A stretch of DNA of 64,000 nt, from NCBI RefSeq assembly GCF_009914755.1, contig NC_060934.1, one strand, 5' to 3'. A program made the position numbers and the translations under genes. The notes under the pieces were generated by a model that was not told the origin of the DNA, made no database searches, and saw only the letters and a program-made list of their open reading frames with translations. Shown in pieces: positions 31,281 through 47,309 of the stretch. Origin of the DNA: the human T2T-CHM13v2.0 reference genome, Homo sapiens. The stretch's first letter is position 1. The number at the start of each line of letters is the position of its first letter.

Positions 31281-31825
31281 TAGTACTATTCTGAGTAAAA
31301 ATAATTAGCTATTAGTTTTATAAATTTACCATGACTATTTTATAAACATCAGTGCTTTCCATAAAGTGAAACAGGTTATGTTGTGGTGCATTTGTCTTTA
31401 CCTTGTGCTGGCCAATCCCTCATTATGCTGTTCCCCTGTTGTAATACTTACATTAAATGTTACCAGTTTGTATTTAAGTGATTTATGTCTCCTGATTGGA
31501 CTCTGACAAAGAGAAAAATGATGCTAGGAAGAGTACCAGGAGATAGCCCCACAAAGATGGGATTTGGGCATAGGTTTGGTTATTCAAGTAGCAGTGCTTA
31601 GCTTCTTGCCAATGGGAAATGGAATGCTGGTAATTTATAGGAAGTGACCTCACAATGAACCAAGCTCCTGTTTGTTGATTGTGATGAAATGCATGCTGAG
31701 GCACATGCCTTGGGAGCTAAGTGGCAGCTATACTTCACCACTATGGCAGTAAAGATGACTATAAAGACTGGCGGGGGATGGATCCTTTCAAATGTACCTG
31801 AGCTGGGATGCCCAGCTTGTGGAAC

Positions 31826-32253
31826 GCACAGCAGGAGGTGAGCAGTGGCCGGTGAGTGAAGCTTCATGTGTATTTACAGTCCCTCCCCATCGCTGGCATT
31901 ACCATCTGAGCTCTTCCTCCTGTCAGATCAGAGGCAACATTAGATTCTCATAAGAGTGTGAACCCTATTGTGAACTGCCCATGCCAAGGAAGTAGGTTGT
32001 GTTGCCCTTATGAGAATCTATTGCCTGATGATCTGTCACTGTCTCCCATCATCCTCAGTTGAGACTGTATAGTGGCAGAAAAACAATCTTGGGCTTCCCA
32101 CTGATTCTACATTATGGTAAGTTGTATAATTATTTCATTATGTATTAGAAAGTAATAATAATAGAAATAAAGTGCACAATAAATGTAATGCACTTGAATC
32201 ATACTGAATTTATCCTCTCCATCCATGGTCTGTGGAAAAATTATCTTCCATGA
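31826..32253 (+). mobile_element. MER1A-like hAT-Charlie element
   Basis: cacagcaggaggtgagc..cctcctgtcagatcag..ttagattctcataag..aaagtgcacaataaatgtaatgcacttgaatc. Confidence 0.8.
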
Positions 32254-33368
32254 ATTCATCCTCTTCCTTTTTTTGCTGCCCAGGCTGATCTCCAACTCCC
32301 AGCCTCGAGCAATCCACCCTTCAAAGCCTCCCCAAATGCTGGGATTACAGGCACAAGCCACAACACTAGGTCAAAACCACGTTTCTTAAACAAAATAAAA
32401 ACTTGGCGGGAAGATTGCTTGAGCTCAGAAGGTTGAGGCTGCAGTGAGTACTTATCACACTACTGCACTCCAGCGTAGGTGACAGAGAAAGATGCTATCT
32501 CAAAAAATAAAATAAAATAATCCCACTCTGCCCACATCTTAAAAAAATATATTGTCCGTATCTTCATGACTCTCATTCCTGGCCCTTAAAATTCTCCTCA
32601 CACTGGACCTTTGTATTCATCCACTTGTTTGACCCCTTCTGGGACCTGACCTGTCCCAGGAAGAGTCCCCATTTTCCTCCAATGCACTTGTCTTCGAGTC
32701 TACCTGGCCAGACACCCAAGAGTTACCTTGAGGTGTTACTTTTCTCCCTTCCCACATCCAGCCTAGCAAGGCTTGCTGATTCCGCCCTGAATACAAATCC
32801 CAGACCATACCCCATCTTCCTTCACTGCCTTCCAGCGCTCAGTCAAAGCCATGCCACAGAGCAGCCAGGTTAGTTTCATTGGAAGTAGGAGGTGAAGCCT
32901 GTCATTCTCTGGTCTGTCATCTGTAGTGGCTTCCCACTGTACCTGGAATAACCTCACAGCCCCTGATCGGGCCTGTAGGGGCGCGGGTGAGCTGTGCCCT
33001 GCTGTTCCTCTGTCATCCCATCATCCCCTCTGTGGATTGCTTGCTCTGTGCCAGCCACCATGGTGGTCTGTGTACCTTTCTTCCTCTCAAGTCACAGCCT
33101 CCTGCACTGTCATGCTGAGGGGTGGTGTTTGTGGAATGCTCTTTCTTTAGGGCTTTCTGTGCCTCTCCTTTCTATTTGTGTCACAGTTTAAACATGACCA
33201 TATTGGAGAGGTCTCACTGAGCACCATCACACCTCAGCCTTGAGGCTCGCTGAACTCATCATCCTTTTATTTTCCACGAAGCAGTGCTGACTGACATTTT
33301 TCCTCTTACTGTAGCACAGTAAAAAACATCCAAGGTGAAGGATTAGAGCTTTAAAAAGTTTGGTAGTG

Positions 33369-33643
33369 TCCAGGCACAGTGGCTCACTCCTGTAATCCTA
33401 GCACTTTGGGAGGCCAAGGCAGATGGATTGCTTGAGCTCAGGAGTTTGAGGCCAGCCTGACTAATATGGTGAAACCTGTCTCTACTAAATACGAAAAGTT
33501 AGCCAGGCGATGTGGCCCGTACCTGTAATTCCAGCTACTTGGGAGGCTGAGATAGGAGAATTGCTTGAATTGCATTAAGCTGAGTTTGCACCACTGCACT
33601 CCAGCCTGGGTGACAGAGCAAGACTCAGTCTAAAAAAAAAAAA
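33369..33643 (+). mobile_element. Alu
   Basis: Dimer with a small deletion and an A tail. Confidence 0.9.
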
Positions 33644-33771
33644 ACGCGAGAAAAGAGAACTTTGGTAGTATTTAAGGAAAGCATACAGAGTGAGTAGAAG
33701 TTTGCCAGGTGAAGAGTCAGGAGGATGATATTTAGCAGAAGGAAAATTTAACCAGATTGTGTGTTTGGCAG

Positions 33772-34176
33772 AAGGAACATCTGAAGGAACACCTGACGAG
33801 GCTGCACCCTTGGCGGAAAGAACACCTGACATGGCTGAAAGCTTGGTGGAAAAACCACCTGATGAGGCTGCACCCTTGGTGGAGGGAACAGCTGACAAAA
33901 TTCAATGTTTGGGGAAAGCAACATCTGGAAAGTTTGAACAGTCAGCAGAAGAAACACCTAAGAAAATTATGAGGACTGCAAAAGAAACATCTGAGAAATT
34001 TGCATGGCCAGCAAAAGAAAGACCTAGGAAGATCACATGGGAGGAAAAAGAAACATCTGTAAAGACTGAATGCGTGGCAGGAGTAATACCTAATAAAACT
34101 GAAGTTTTGGAAAAAGGAACATCTGAGATGCTCACGTGTCCTACAAAAGAAACATCTACAAAAGCAAGTACAAATG
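33772..34176 (+). pseudogene. ANKRD30B-like large repeat exon (405 nt, open)
   Basis: tttggcag|EGTSEGTPDEAAPLAERTPDMAESLVEK...CPTKETSTKASTN|gtaaga. Matches ORF 33759..34193. Confidence 0.93.
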
Positions 34177-34458
34177 GTAAGATGCTTGAGTGAACTTTGT
34201 AAGGTTTATTGGCATTTCAGGTTTCTTAGTGAAAAAAGTGTGATATGGGAGTAGCTGGGAATGACTTGAATATCTAAATAAGGCAAGCTTAGGCAACACT
34301 TTTTCATAGTATAGAAATAAGTAGATATTATTCCGTAGGCCCTGGAAAAATTCTCACAATACTTCTGGCTGTAAATACTAAGTGAACTAACTAACAATGG
34401 CTAAAACCATAGGAACCAAAGTTGTTTTGGTGGTACAGGGATATTATAGGATCCCACA

Positions 34459-34752
34459 TTTTTTTGTTTGTTTTTCATTTGAGACAGAGTCTCACAGTGT
34501 TGTCTGGGCTGGAGTGCAATGGCAAGAGCAATCTCGGCTCACTGCAACCTCTGCCTCCTGGTGATTCTCCTGCCTTAGCCTCCCAAGTAGCTAGGATTAC
34601 AGGTGCCCGCCACCACTCCGGATAATTTTTTGTATTTTTAGTAGAGATGGGGTTTCACTATATTGGCCAGACTCGAACTCCTGACCTCATGATATGCCTG
34701 CCTTGGCCTCCAAAACTGCTGGGAATTCAGCCATGAGCCACCGTGCCCAGCC
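34459..34752 (-). mobile_element. Alu
   Basis: Antisense dimer. Confidence 0.9.
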
Positions 34753-35189
34753 AGGACTCCACTTTTGGTTGGCTAATTAGCAACAGCTCCAATCATCATG
34801 CTCTCTCAAGACAATATTTAAAGGCTGGAAGGGCTGCTTTTGTTCACATGTTTCTTTTAAATAGGGAGAAAACTTGGAAGCTTGCAGTAATCTTCCTGTG
34901 ACATTTTATTGGCTGGATTATACCACATGCTCATTTCTAAACCAGTCACTAGGAAAGCAAATGTAATTACTGTGATTAGCTTAGAATAATGATTTCTCTT
35001 TTTGAGATGGGATGGGGTAGTGGAATAATGAATATCTAAATAAGCTTGTGTTTCTGCAGCAAGAAAGAATAATGTCTTTGCATAGGAAGCCAGCAATGTT
35101 TTCTGTAGGGATTCATTGGAAAAGTTTAAGCAAGGGAGTCACAAGATTAGATTTGAGTATCAGGGCATACTGGTCATGGTATAAGGCAG

Positions 35190-35713
35190 AGATTGGCAAA
35201 CTTTTCTTGTAAAGTGCCAGATAGGAAATACGTTAGGCTGCCGGACATGGTGGCTCACGCCTGTTATCCCAGCACTTTGGGAGGCCAAGGCACGTGGAGC
35301 ATGAGGTCAGGAGTTCAAGAACAGCCTGGCCAACATGGTGAAACCCTGTCTCTACTAAAAATACAAAAATTAGCCAGGTGTGGTGGCATGCACCTGAAAT
35401 CCCAGCTACTCAGGAGGCTGAGGCAGGAGGATTGCTTGAACCCAGGAGGCGGAGGCTTCAGTGGGCTGAGATTGCACCACCGCACTACAGCCTGGGTGAC
35501 AGAGCAACACTCCATCTCAAAAAAAAAAAAAAAAGAAAAAGAAATATATTAGGCCATGTGGTCTCTATAACAGCTATTGAACTCTGCATTGTAGGGTGAA
35601 AGCAGTCATAGATAATGTGTGAGCAAATAGGCATGATTGTACTCCAATAAAACTTTGTATAAAAAACCATTTGGTAAGCTGAATTTGGCCTGTGGCCTAT
35701 AGTTTGCTGGCCC
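35190..35713 (+). mobile_element. MER58A-like element interrupted by an Alu
   Basis: ggcaaacttttcttgtaaag..ccagatag / ccaataaaacttt..tttggcctgtggcctatagtttgc. Confidence 0.72.
35236..35540 (+). mobile_element. AluS inserted in MER58
   Basis: Flanks gaaata(cg/ta)tta. Confidence 0.92.
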
Positions 35714-36993
35714 TTCATATAAAAGATAGATGGAGGGTAATTACATAAAAAGATTTAAAGACAAAGTAAGCTTGTGTAGTAGTTCATGCTATAGTCTCCT
35801 TTTTGTTTTTTTGTCACCAATCTGTGGCCTAGTATCAATCTATTATGAAAGTTTGACCCATCCAGGATAAAATGAATCAAGTTCAGAAGCTCAGTTTACA
35901 CATTTAAATATGTAAGTCTTTCTTTGCCATTATTTTATTTTGATTTGTTTTACTGAAATTTTTTTAACTTAAAAAATAACAGTAGTAACTGTTAGGGTTT
36001 CTTTTTCCCTGTGAAAGCCATCAGTTAAGGGGCCATGTCTAACTAGGCAATATAAATATAAAATAGTTTGTATTTCCAGTGGCACTGGAAAGATAAAGCA
36101 AAGGCAGAAAAGATGTACAGTTAATATGGTTTAGTGATTATTGAGTTTAAAAAGCTAGGGGACAGATACAATCTCAGGTCATTCATAAGTTTCCAGATTG
36201 TGCATGAGCATTTACAATGCTCATGGGGAAGGAGTAGGAAATTGTCAGGTTAACAGAGAAGAGCAAACAGTCATGGGACAGACCAGCAGTTTTCTTTACA
36301 TAATGAGTTTAATGAAACATTCATGTGGGATATTTTCAGTAGGTAATTGGATTATAGGCATTTCTAGCTGGAGATAGAACTCTGGTTGGAGATGTAGGCT
36401 TAGGATAATTTTATTATAATTATTGGGCAAAGCCATAGATCTCAATGAGCTTATCCGTGATGCAGAAGATATAGAATAAGAAGAAAGCCATTGACAAAAC
36501 CCTGGGAATATCAACATTTCACAGAGTCAAAGGACTTGGTAAAGGAGACTGAGCAGTGGCTAAAGAAAAGTAGGAGAGGAGTCAGAGAAAGTGATGTTGC
36601 AAATTTTTTTTAAATGTGAGAATTTCAAGCAGTAAGATTACTGAAAAGTGAATTGGATTTAACTTACAAGTTCTTCAGTGGTAATCTGTTCAAAAGAATT
36701 ATTTTAGAGTTGTTAGGTATACTGTTGATGTGGTTGATATTTCTGTTGTCCAAGAAGAAATCTCCCAAGATCCTACCTAACTTTTTGTAACTAAAGCAGC
36801 ATACATACACAGGGTCTGGGAAATTATCTAGACTGGTGAGTACACCTGCCAACATTTTTCCAGAATTGTCAAAACCTAAGCGTCATGTGTGAGGAAAAGT
36901 GTTGTCTTTTTTATCTGTTTCTTGTGGATAGTGGAGATCTGTGTTGTGTGTGTCTCTCACACGAACACACACACCCACGTACACAAATAAGTA

Positions 36994-38504
36994 CAGTAAT
37001 TCACCCTTATCCATGGGGAGTATTTTCTAAGACACCCAGTGAATGTCTGAAATTGTGGATAGTATGAAACCCTATATATACATGTTTTTTCTATTTATGC
37101 TTATTTATGATAAAGTCTAATTTATAAATTAGGCACAGTAAGAAATTAACAATAACTTATGATAAAACAATAACAATATATTGTAATCAAAGTTAGGTGA
37201 ATGTGGTCTCTCAAAGTGTCTTGTATTGTACTCACTCTTCTTTTTCTTGTGATGACTGTGAGATGATATAATGCCTGTGTGATGAGATGAAGTCAGGTGA
37301 ATGAGGTAGGAGTTGTCATGTGGTGTTAAGCTATTAATTATTTCTGGCTATCTGACTACATATCAGAAGGTGGATCATCTGCTTCATGTGGATCATTGAG
37401 CCATGATAATGTTGATGGTTGGGGTTCAGGAACAGACCATTTTGATGACTAATGGGCAGATAGCATATACAAAGGGATGATTCATGACCTGGGTGAGATG
37501 GAACATGATGTCTTAATACTTCATCGTACTCTTTAGAATGACACATTATTTAGAACTTATGACTTGTATATTTCTGGAATTCCCCATTTAATATTTTTGG
37601 ACTATGGTTGACCATGAGTAACTGAAATCATGGAAATCAAAACCATGGCTATTATATTGTGAAACATATGTTTGGTCTTCAACACTGTTTTCTGGCATAA
37701 AACTCATAAAATGTTTAGAATCTCCAAAGTGATGTCTTTGTATGCTAATAATTGAGTGATGGCTGGCGGTCCCTAGGTAGCTTCAGGATAGGAGCTGGTC
37801 ACAAAAAAGAACAAGGCATGATTAGAGTGTTGGGACTTTCAGCCCCACCCCTCAACCTCCTAGGAGGTGAGAGGAGATGAAAGTTAGGTCAATTACCAAT
37901 AGCCACAGATTTGTTCATTCATGCCTATGTAATAAAGCTTTCTTAAGAACACAGAAGGACTGGGATCAGAGACCTTCCAGATAGTTGAATGTATGGAAGT
38001 GTTTGGAGGCCGATGTGCCCTGGGAGGGCAAGGAAGCCCCATGCCCCTTCCCCTATATCTTGCCCTATGCATCTCTTCATGTGTCTGCTTTGTGATACCC
38101 TTCATAATAAACTGTTAAATGTGTTTCCCTTAGTATTTGGGGCACTCTAGCATGTTAATCAAACCCAAAGAGGGAGTCATGAGAACCCCAACTTGAAACC
38201 AGCTGGTTAGATGTTTCAGAGACCCAGATTTGCAACTGTTATGGGAGGGCAGTCTTGTGAGACTGAGCCCTCCGCCTGTGGGATCTGAGACTATTTCTAG
38301 ATAGACAGTGTTGGAATTAAATAAAGGACAACCAGCTGGTTTCTGCTACAGAATTGGTTGCTTACTTGTTGGTGGAGAAAATCCTCCACACATTTGGTCG
38401 CAGAAGTCTTCTGTTTTGATGATTGTTGTGGTGTGAGAGCAGAGGGAAATCATGTTGTGTGTGTTTCTTTCTACACATAGAGCAGATAAAGAGTGACTAC
38501 TGTA
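36994..38504. mobile_element. MER44/Tigger7-type element interrupted by an LTR
   Basis: cagtaattcacccttatccatgg at the left end, gataaagagtgactactg at the right end beyond the LTR. Confidence 0.68.
37658..38478. mobile_element. MER21-like ERVL LTR
   Basis: gtctttgtatgctaat..ggtagcttcaggataggagctggtcac..ttgggactttcagccccaccc..agacagtgttggaattaaat. Confidence 0.7.
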
Positions 38505-39105
38505 TACTCTGTTCTAACTGCTTCTAGTTCATTTGTCTAGAAATTGTAGTTTCTAAGATTGACACTGTCCACTTACACTAATTCTGCTAATAATACAATT
38601 TTCTGTCAGTCTTATAGGGTTCTGTTTGGATTATGACTATTGTATACTGTAGTTCACTTGTAGATACCAAATTGTGATAAATTCTATCTTTGCTTGCACT
38701 TGAGAACTATAAAGGAGTGGAAATAAGAGTTGTTAATGCATTAATTTCCTACCAATATAATGCTTAATAATAATTTTACTATAGTCTCAATGTATGGTCT
38801 CAAATGAATGCTTTATGACAAATCATCTGAGTCTTTGTAACAAAGTATTGGAGTATTATGCTTTTTTAAACAAGACCTGAATCATGCACGAAAGTGTGCA
38901 TGATTCTTTTAAATTAAGTTGAAGTCTCATGATGTCTCCCAGGCTGCTTTCAGACTCCTGGGCTTCTCAGGTGATCCTCCTGCCTCACCTTCCCAAGTAG
39001 CTGGGATTACAGGCATGTGCCATCATGCCCTCTTATGTTTTTAATATTCTGTATTTTTTATTTATATTTGTTGATTTAATATATTTTACTTTTTTTCTTT
39101 AATAG

Positions 39106-39136
39106 TGGATGTGAGTTCTGTAGAGTCTATATTCAG
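39106..39136 (+). pseudogene. ANKRD30B-like 31-nt exon
   Basis: tttaatag|TGGATGTGAGTTCTGTAGAGTCTATATTCAG|gtaaga = VDVSSVESIF(S). Confidence 0.88.
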
Positions 39137-41918
39137 GTAAGACTTTCCAGTTTTTTAAAACATGTATGTTAACTCAGAAAATATAGAGAAAAGAAACCAG
39201 TATCTTTTGAGTGTTCTACTCTGGGATAGACAACATGTGCTTAATATGTATTATCTCACATAGTCATCACACAGTTTTGCAAAGCATCTGTGCTACTATC
39301 ACCTACTTTGTATTAACCAGGCAAATGTGGTTCAGAGAGGTTGATTAATTGGCCTATGATTTCACAGCTAAAAAGTAGCTGACCCTTGAGTTTGCCATCA
39401 GCCTACCTTGCTCCCAAATCCCTTCTCTTGCCCCAAGGCATAGATTGATGGAGACCTGTGCATCACTAGAATCAAGGTACAGGTCCAGATGGGATCAATT
39501 CACAAAGTCACATTTTGTTATATGTTACCTCTTTTTAGAGTTTTCCCTTAGAACACTGGTTAATCCAAGACTTTGTTCTAATATGTTTAATAGTCAAAGT
39601 GATAACCAGTACCTTGTTTTTATTACCAGAGTTTTTAGAGCAGACCTTACTTAGCTGTGGCCACAAGACATAGGTTTTTGTTTCATAAGCAAGACCTGGT
39701 GAATCCTATAGATGAATTATTTTACTCTTAGTGGAGAATATCTACATATAGATATGTTATATTAATCATATTTAGAGGCTATTTCTTATAGATTTCTCTA
39801 TTTACTGACTTCCCAGTTTAGTTTTTCTTCAAAGCAGTACCCTGCCTAGTTGCATGCACTCTTCATTTTTTTTTAGAGTCTTTTTTCTTCTTCCATGACT
39901 TTTCTATAGTCTTTTCCTGGTTACTTTCTTCTCTGCTTTCCTCGGTGTTCTTTTCGTGTATGATTTTATTCTTTCCACCAGCCCCATTTTTCTATAGCTA
40001 AAATTAAAAGCACATGGAATTTTAGGATTGTAAGGACTCTTGGAGACTAATCAAAATACTTTCATATTTCAATCTGTATTTAATATCCTGGAAAAATGGT
40101 TGTTCAGATGGAGAATCTGAAACTCAAAGTGACTTATTTAAATATCAGAGGTAGCAGAAGTAATATTTAAACTCATTTCAAAGCCCATTACTCTTGTTTT
40201 TATAACATCATGTGAGTGAGTGTTTGAATAATAGAAAGAAAAGGGAATGGGTCTAATTAAACAAATGGAAAGGGATAAGAATGGAATTAGCTGGAGAACC
40301 CAGTGGAAGTAGATAAGAATGGAATTACCAGGGAAAGGCCAAGTTTGAAGAGAAACAATCCCAGGACTGGTAGGAGTAAGGATTTTACCAAAGAGATCAG
40401 AATATTGGATCTTATGACAAGTTTGATGAAGATAAATTAGAGGAACAAAAACACAGATGACATTGGGAGTTATCTAGAAACTCATACTAAAATAGGGTTC
40501 AAAGGAAGTCCTGAATAGGTCGCTGCTTTTTCGCTTCTTTAATTGGAGAAATGGACACACTTCATGCTTTCTATTGAAAGATGAAAAAAAAAAGCCACTG
40601 CAAAAATTCTCTGCAAGCAGATAGAAATGTCCTATTGTGTTCTTTCACCCCAAATCTCACAGGAGTGGCTTAGAGCCCCTTGAGTGCTAGGGGATTGAAG
40701 GTTGCTGAATTACATAGATCTGTGGCCCAGGGCAGGTGTCCCCTCCCCTTTGCCTCTTTTTCCAAGCCTCTGATGTCTTACCCATGTACATGTAAAGCAG
40801 GGGTAAGATTGGCTGTCAAATAAGTCATGGTTCAGTTGGGTTTTTGATAACATGCTTACGCTGGAGGTGAATGACTGACTGAGACTCCATTTAGTTGTTT
40901 TCCAGGAACAGGTAAATACAGAGCTTCTAGGTTGGTCATTGAGTTTATCTTTTCAGTAATCTGTGCTTTGATGAGCAGAATATTTAAAGGTTGGAGACTG
41001 CCATGAAGCTCTGCAGAAGAAAGATCTGGAAGTGGGAGACACTTTTACTATATATAGTGGCTCCCACTTCCAGATCTTTCTCTCTGTGTAAATATAGTAT
41101 TTAGAGAAATCCAACTATCAGGACTCAGTTTTTCTAGCAGTCTCTCTCCTTGGGTATAAGTACCTATGAAGATTTTTAAGGCTTTTCTAGTTTATGTAGA
41201 CCTGAATAAGGAAAGACAAGTACAAAATAAGTAATTAGATTTTATTATTTTTAATGTTTCAATTTTTGTTGAGAAAAACATTCCCAATAACAAATATACA
41301 TTTGTGTTTTGACATTTGTAGGTTCAGCTTTTCAACATTTCAAATATTTCAGGGCACTCTCTGCAGTGTTTTAGGGTGAAGGGAAGCAACAGGGCCTTCT
41401 TAAGTGGTTTTTATGCTGAAAAACAAAGAATGTCATTTTCCAGTGACACAGATTAGTCTTTGAATCAGAGATAGATAATGGAGAAGAAACAAGGTAAATG
41501 TATCTTTCTACCTCATTTTAGGTTATCAAGTTTGTTCCAGTTTAGATATCAAAAGTTATGTCAGCCATTAAGTAGATTTTCAGTTAATCATTAAGGACAG
41601 TTTGTGAGGACGAATTATACTCAGGGTATGCCAATTATATTGGCTGTCACTACTTATTATGGAACTAAGAGTCAGTCTTCATTGGATGTTATAGGTTGGG
41701 GAGGTAGAGTCAAAAATAGGTAACTAAAATCTTTTTTAAAAACAGAGGGCATATTTTAATTATACCAAGAAGCATGATTTAATATACAAAGACTGATTTT
41801 TCCCAGATTTTGGTTTTTGTTTTCATTTTTTGGAGTGAGCACCAAGATATGAACTAGCAGATTTTCTTTTTAAATATATGAATTTGCTTATTTTTGTTGT
41901 ATCTTTTTTTCTCTAAAA

Positions 41919-41991
41919 TCTGTTCAGCAAACTGACTATTGAAAATTCACAGTCTACAAAACTTAAGGAAGACTTTAATCTTGCTACCAAT
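41919..41991 (+). pseudogene. ANKRD30B/20A-like 73-nt exon
   Basis: LFSKLTIENSQSTKLKEDFNLATN|gtaaaa. The expected acceptor reads AA; another AG lies 9 nt downstream (41926-41927). Confidence 0.85.
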
Positions 41992-42592
41992 GTAAAATGG
42001 TCTCTTGTGAAGTTGATTTTCTCAGTTGGAATCTAGTTCTGTATAGTATTTACTTTTCATGTTTAGCAGTGGTGTAATTACCATTATTTCATGTTGGTAA
42101 TATAAAGTTGGTCAGATAAAAACATTTTATGGAAATATGAGTAGTTGATTTAACGTTTTTTTTTTTTTACTTTAGTAAATAACAAATGATTGGTAAATAT
42201 TTTGAGGGTGTGAGTGCCAACAAAAGGAATGGACTGGAGAATACATAGTGATAGGAACATTATATTAGAAAAAACTTTTCCACAATACAGAATATATAAA
42301 ATCTGGTAAAGGTTTATTTGGATAAGTGTACTTACTGTGACTTTTAAAATTATTCTATTGTCACTTAAAAAACTCATGCTTAAATTTATATTTAATGGAT
42401 CCAGTTACTTACTATAGTAATCAAGGAATCTCTCTGATACTGTTCAGTTCCAAAACTGTGCCACATAGCATATAGGGTTTTTTTTGCACGTATTATTTTG
42501 ATATCATGTAGTTTTTAGGAGAGAGCTTTTTCTCAGTTTCTCTTCTTGGTTCTTTAATTACACCAAAATAATATTAGAAATTGTGAAAATTT

Positions 42593-43046
<454 letters not shown>

Positions 43047-43743
43047 ATCTCTAATTTTAAAAAATAATTGTAGAAATTTAGAAATGTAAATTCTCTTTCT
43101 CAGAGTCTGTATTATTAAGGCATGCCAGTGTGTTTTCTAAATTATTTCATTAAAAGTATATTTTACACTCTTCATCTCAATGAAGAATGCAGGTTTTACC
43201 CCAAGTAAACAACCAGTGTATGGAAGCAGAGAATCTTACTAAGCATATGGTAGAATTTTAATTTCAGAATTTTTAAATTGCAATTTTTAAACATATTGTT
43301 AAAAGATTTTTTATCACATTTGAAAATTTTAAATTTTGGAAGATTTTGTATTGAGTTGTTTAAATAATCGTTTTGAAGTTCTTGCATCACTATAAGATAC
43401 TGCAGGTTAGAAAACATACTTGTGTGCAGCCTAGTGTACCCAGAATACAGTCTTGCCTATAAAAAGAGTTTTAAAAGTTTTCAATGTGAATAAATAAGCA
43501 GAAAAATGAATTTTTATGTAATGAAATGTTACAAGTAAGATAATATGCATAATATATCTTATAATAAAATCTAATGCATTTCCAAAATATGGCTTAAATG
43601 TATATTTTCTTTTAATATTTAGAATGCATAAATTCATGTGAGTTATCTTGAGAAAATATGTCTTAAATAAGACAATAAATCAGAGGTATGTAGTAAACAG
43701 GAAAGAAGGTTACACTATATCCTCCAAGTGGAGTTTAGATTAA

Positions 43744-44104
<361 letters not shown>

Positions 44105-45289
44105 GAAACTCATGTTCTATTAAACATATCATTTCAAGGAATACATTACTCTTTAGAATTCTGATTACCAAAACTTTCTTCAGGTGAAAAGTTTACGAAA
44201 CATTCCTTTTTAAATTTTGTCTCTCTGTAGTAAAAATGTTCTAGCTTTTAGGTATTGGCTGAAGACCATGTTTAACTAATTGAGTGTCTTATTATATAAT
44301 AATGAAATTAAAATCTTTATTACACAGGTATTAACAAAATAACTAATTGTAATGCAAATACTGACCAGCATTATAGGAATATATTATGAACAGAAGTCTG
44401 TATTTTACGTATTTCATCACATGTCTTATATAGTAGTTGTTTTTCCTTTTCTTTCATGACTGAAGCTCATACTTGATTGACTGGTTATGTCTCTTGTTTG
44501 TTTCTCCCTCCTCCTTCACCTTTTTAAAAATGATTTACCCCAGACTTTTTTCTCACAGAATACATTTCTTCAGTGTCTGCTTTTTAGGGCATCTCTGTCT
44601 CAATTGTCAGCATATTTATTTACAGGTTTCTATTTAGTTGCTATGTATTATTTTCATTAATCAATCATTGCCGCCCCCCATGATTTATTCTTTTTTTCTC
44701 TGTTTCTTGGAAGAAGCAGAATTTATACAATTATTTATACTTAGCTTTTTGCCACACAGAATAGAAACAACCTATGCTATTTCAATGCAAACCCAGTTAA
44801 ATAAGGTACTATTAAAAACTAAGCTCTCACACTTTTCCATACAAGAGGTAATTAATACAACTGTAAATTGTGAAGAGATATTTCAAAATATAACATGTAA
44901 TTTAACATTTTAAATTTTAATTATTTCTACAATTCTATAATCTATGTAATGGTAAATTTTTGTCCTAGGTTATTTTGGTTAAAAAAAAATCTAATGGATA
45001 CCACCATATTTGTATAATAATAAATTAGATGAAGGGGGATGAAAGGAAATTATTCATTGAAGAAGGGTAAGATAAACATAGAGACTACATGAGAGAGTGA
45101 AGATGAGACAGACTATTATAAAAACACAGCAAAAATAGTGGTTTAAATGAGAGCAGGAACTCTCTAGAATAAAAGATATAATATAAATTATTTAAAATAA
45201 AAATTAAGAAAACATAGCCAGGTAATAAAACACTGCTCAGGTGTTTTTGACTGACTTATAGCTGATTTTAACAAAAAGCTGAAAGAAAA

Positions 45290-45490
45290 TATAAGGACGA
45301 GTATAGGTAAGAGCAATTTGTTGTACTCTTTAAAATACCTAGTAGAGAATAGTTTGAATGTTTCTAGCATAAAGGAAAGATAAATACTTAAGGTGATTAA
45401 TATCTCAACTATTCTGATTTCATTATGTGAATGTATTAAGTTATTATATGTACCCTCGAAACATATACATTTATATTGTGTGAACAAAAA
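45290..45490 (+). mobile_element. L1MA-like 3' end
   Basis: gaatgtttctagcataaaggaaagataaatacttaaggtga..atgtaccctcgaaacatatac. Confidence 0.6.
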
Positions 45491-45861
45491 AATTATTAAC
45501 AAGGAAAGAATTCTCACTTCTTTTAGTAACTTTATGTTTTATATTTAATCTAGTCATACTTATATTAATGCAGAATGCAAAGTTAAATTGGTTTTAGGCC
45601 TTGTCAGCTTTATTGTGAATTATTAATTTTTGACTCTTTGGTTTCTGGTTTAAGATTTCTAACTTAATGTTTGACATATTCTTAGGTTATTTAACTAATT
45701 TATCCTACTCTTTGATATAACCTTGGTAGCTGTTTTGAATATTTTTGTTAATAGAGTATAAATAAATAAGCATTTTATTTAATCTTATTAAAATTAAATT
45801 TTCTGATCATATGAACAAGGTTTTTAATCTATATCTCTTAAAAGAGAAAAATCTTTTTTCT

Positions 45862-46139
<278 letters not shown>

Positions 46140-46973
46140 TCAAAGAAATAAATGTAGAAATTAATCTCTAGAAATATTCTGACATCTTTTGCTCATAATA
46201 TCTGTATGTAATGGTATTATATGCACACATCAAACGAATGTAATCAATCTTTGTGAATTTTTTAAAGTAAAGTACCTATTATTATAGAATCATATGTAAG
46301 GAAAATTGTTAACAGAGTAAACAAACTTATCATTGGAAGAATTTTTTTGCTCTTAAAAATATCTCTTGCAATCGGGATATTTTATATTATTTCCAGGAAG
46401 CCTTAACTTTAGTCTTCATAATTATTAAACCTTGCACATATATTTGTTTATTTCTAAAACTCAGGAATCCTGTCGACTTGAATTTTGTAGTTTCTTTCTT
46501 CACTTCTCCTGTAAATACTGGATCCTGCTTGACAATCATAGATGTATGTAAAAACTATTAAATCTTCAACTTGAATAATTATTGGTTAATTTTCTTTATA
46601 TGAGATCTTTTCTCCAATTTTAAACTACCATCCTATATGGTGTAAATAGGCAATGTGAGCTAGCATTCTATTGTTTACAGGAACATAAGAAAAACATGTG
46701 AATTTTAAAACAGGGTTTCACATTTCTATCTCACTTTATAATGGTAATTAAAAATGCCTCATAATTCTATAATTAGGTAAGCATTTCTCTTGTACAATTA
46801 AAAATTTCAAAGTTAATTTTTATAAAGGTTCTTTTGCAGAATCTTGGTGTTTTAGAATTAAATGTTTTCATTCAATTCAAAGATGCATATTGCAATATTT
46901 CAGAAATATTTACCTATATAAATAAAATTATTTTCTTGAAACAAATTTGGAAATATATAACTGAGAAACTTAA

Positions 46974-47309
<336 letters not shown>
